Positions 63,788 through 64,000 of a DNA stretch of 64,000 nucleotides are shown here, one piece after another. The translations under genes and the position numbers were made by a program. Under the pieces are notes generated by a model that did no database searches, had not been told where the DNA came from, and saw only the letters and a list, made by a program, of their open reading frames with translations. This DNA is from Chloroflexota bacterium (GTDB taxonomy: Bacteria > Chloroflexota > Anaerolineae > UBA1429), in the NCBI GenBank assembly GCA_012719135.1, contig JAAYAW010000003.1, positions 819 through 64,818 of the forward strand, written 5' to 3'. Numbering within the stretch: the stretch's first letter is position 1; each line of letters begins with the position of its first letter.

Positions 63788-64000
63788 TTACCTGTATAGC
63801 CAGCAGGAAACCTGGTGCCCCGGCTCCGGCTCGAAATCCGGCGGCACTTCTCTATCGCAGAGCCCTTCGATCATTCGGGGGCAACGCGGATGGAAACGGC
63901 AGCCCGTGGGCGGCGTCACCAGGCTGGGTGGCTCGCCGGGTGGCACGTCCTTGAACGTGAGAGCGTTGTTCGCGTCCGGATCGGACGTGGCCGCCAAAAG
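63788..64000 (-). CDS. Oligopeptide/dipeptide ABC transporter ATP-binding protein, C-terminal fragment (5' end beyond the window)
   Basis: CRFHPRCPRMIEGLCDREVPP is the OppD/F C-terminal (oligo_HPY) Cys/His motif. The frame is open to the window edge. Confidence 0.6.
   Translation of the reverse strand, partial: LLAATSDPDANNALTFKDVPPGEPPSLVTPPTGCRFHPRCPRMIEGLCDREVPPDFEPEPGHQVSCWLYR

Noticed and set aside
1-64000. CRISPR arrays, IS elements, integrases, tRNA/rRNA genes
   Set aside because: Scanning intergenic regions showed no short direct-repeat arrays and no transposase, integrase or recombinase-like ORFs. There are no tRNA cloverleaf-like or rRNA sequences, and no flanking direct repeats suggestive of an island boundary.

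Overview
This is a 64 kb, high-GC (roughly 65-70%) bacterial chromosomal segment that is densely coding: about 62 protein genes on both strands. I found no rRNA, tRNA, CRISPR array, transposase or integrase.

The most notable landmark is dnaA (36280..37674, minus strand). It diverges from infC-rpmI-rplT across a 620-bp non-coding region holding a locally AT-rich patch and DnaA-box-like motifs. I read this region as the probable replication origin.

Housekeeping genes present:
- archaeal-type aspS
- ridA plus a thrC-like gene
- era
- nadE (glutamine-dependent)
- trmH-family and cinA-C genes
- ogt

Other blocks:
- Zinc homeostasis: zupT and a znuA-znuC-znuB operon followed by pdxA-family and ybaN-family genes.
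- An oxidoreductase-rich block: four aldo/keto reductases, two Zn-dependent alcohol dehydrogenases, a MerR/GyrI regulator, esterases and a metallophosphoesterase.
- Carbohydrate-active genes: a GH35-like enzyme, a GH116/GBA2-like enzyme and a glycerophosphodiester phosphodiesterase.
- A DegV / membrane ICMT-family methyltransferase / P-loop kinase trio.
- A PUA-like-HNH putative modification-dependent nuclease.

The least-described content is the following:
- A LysW-like acidic zinc-ribbon protein with no lysXZYJK partners, divergent from a bacterial DOT1-like methyltransferase.
- A HisKA_2-like protein that has no ATPase domain, convergent with an OmpR-family regulator whose receiver lacks the phospho-acceptor Asp.
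- Two paralogous DUF11-type secreted proteins that share a novel C-terminal module. Each is an apparently strong monocistronic unit with its own promoter, long 5' UTR and terminator.
- A lipoprotein made of three PPC-like repeats.
- An uncharacterised three-gene operon ending in a zinc-ribbon tail-anchored protein.

All calls rest on reading the sequence and ORF translations. No database searches were run.
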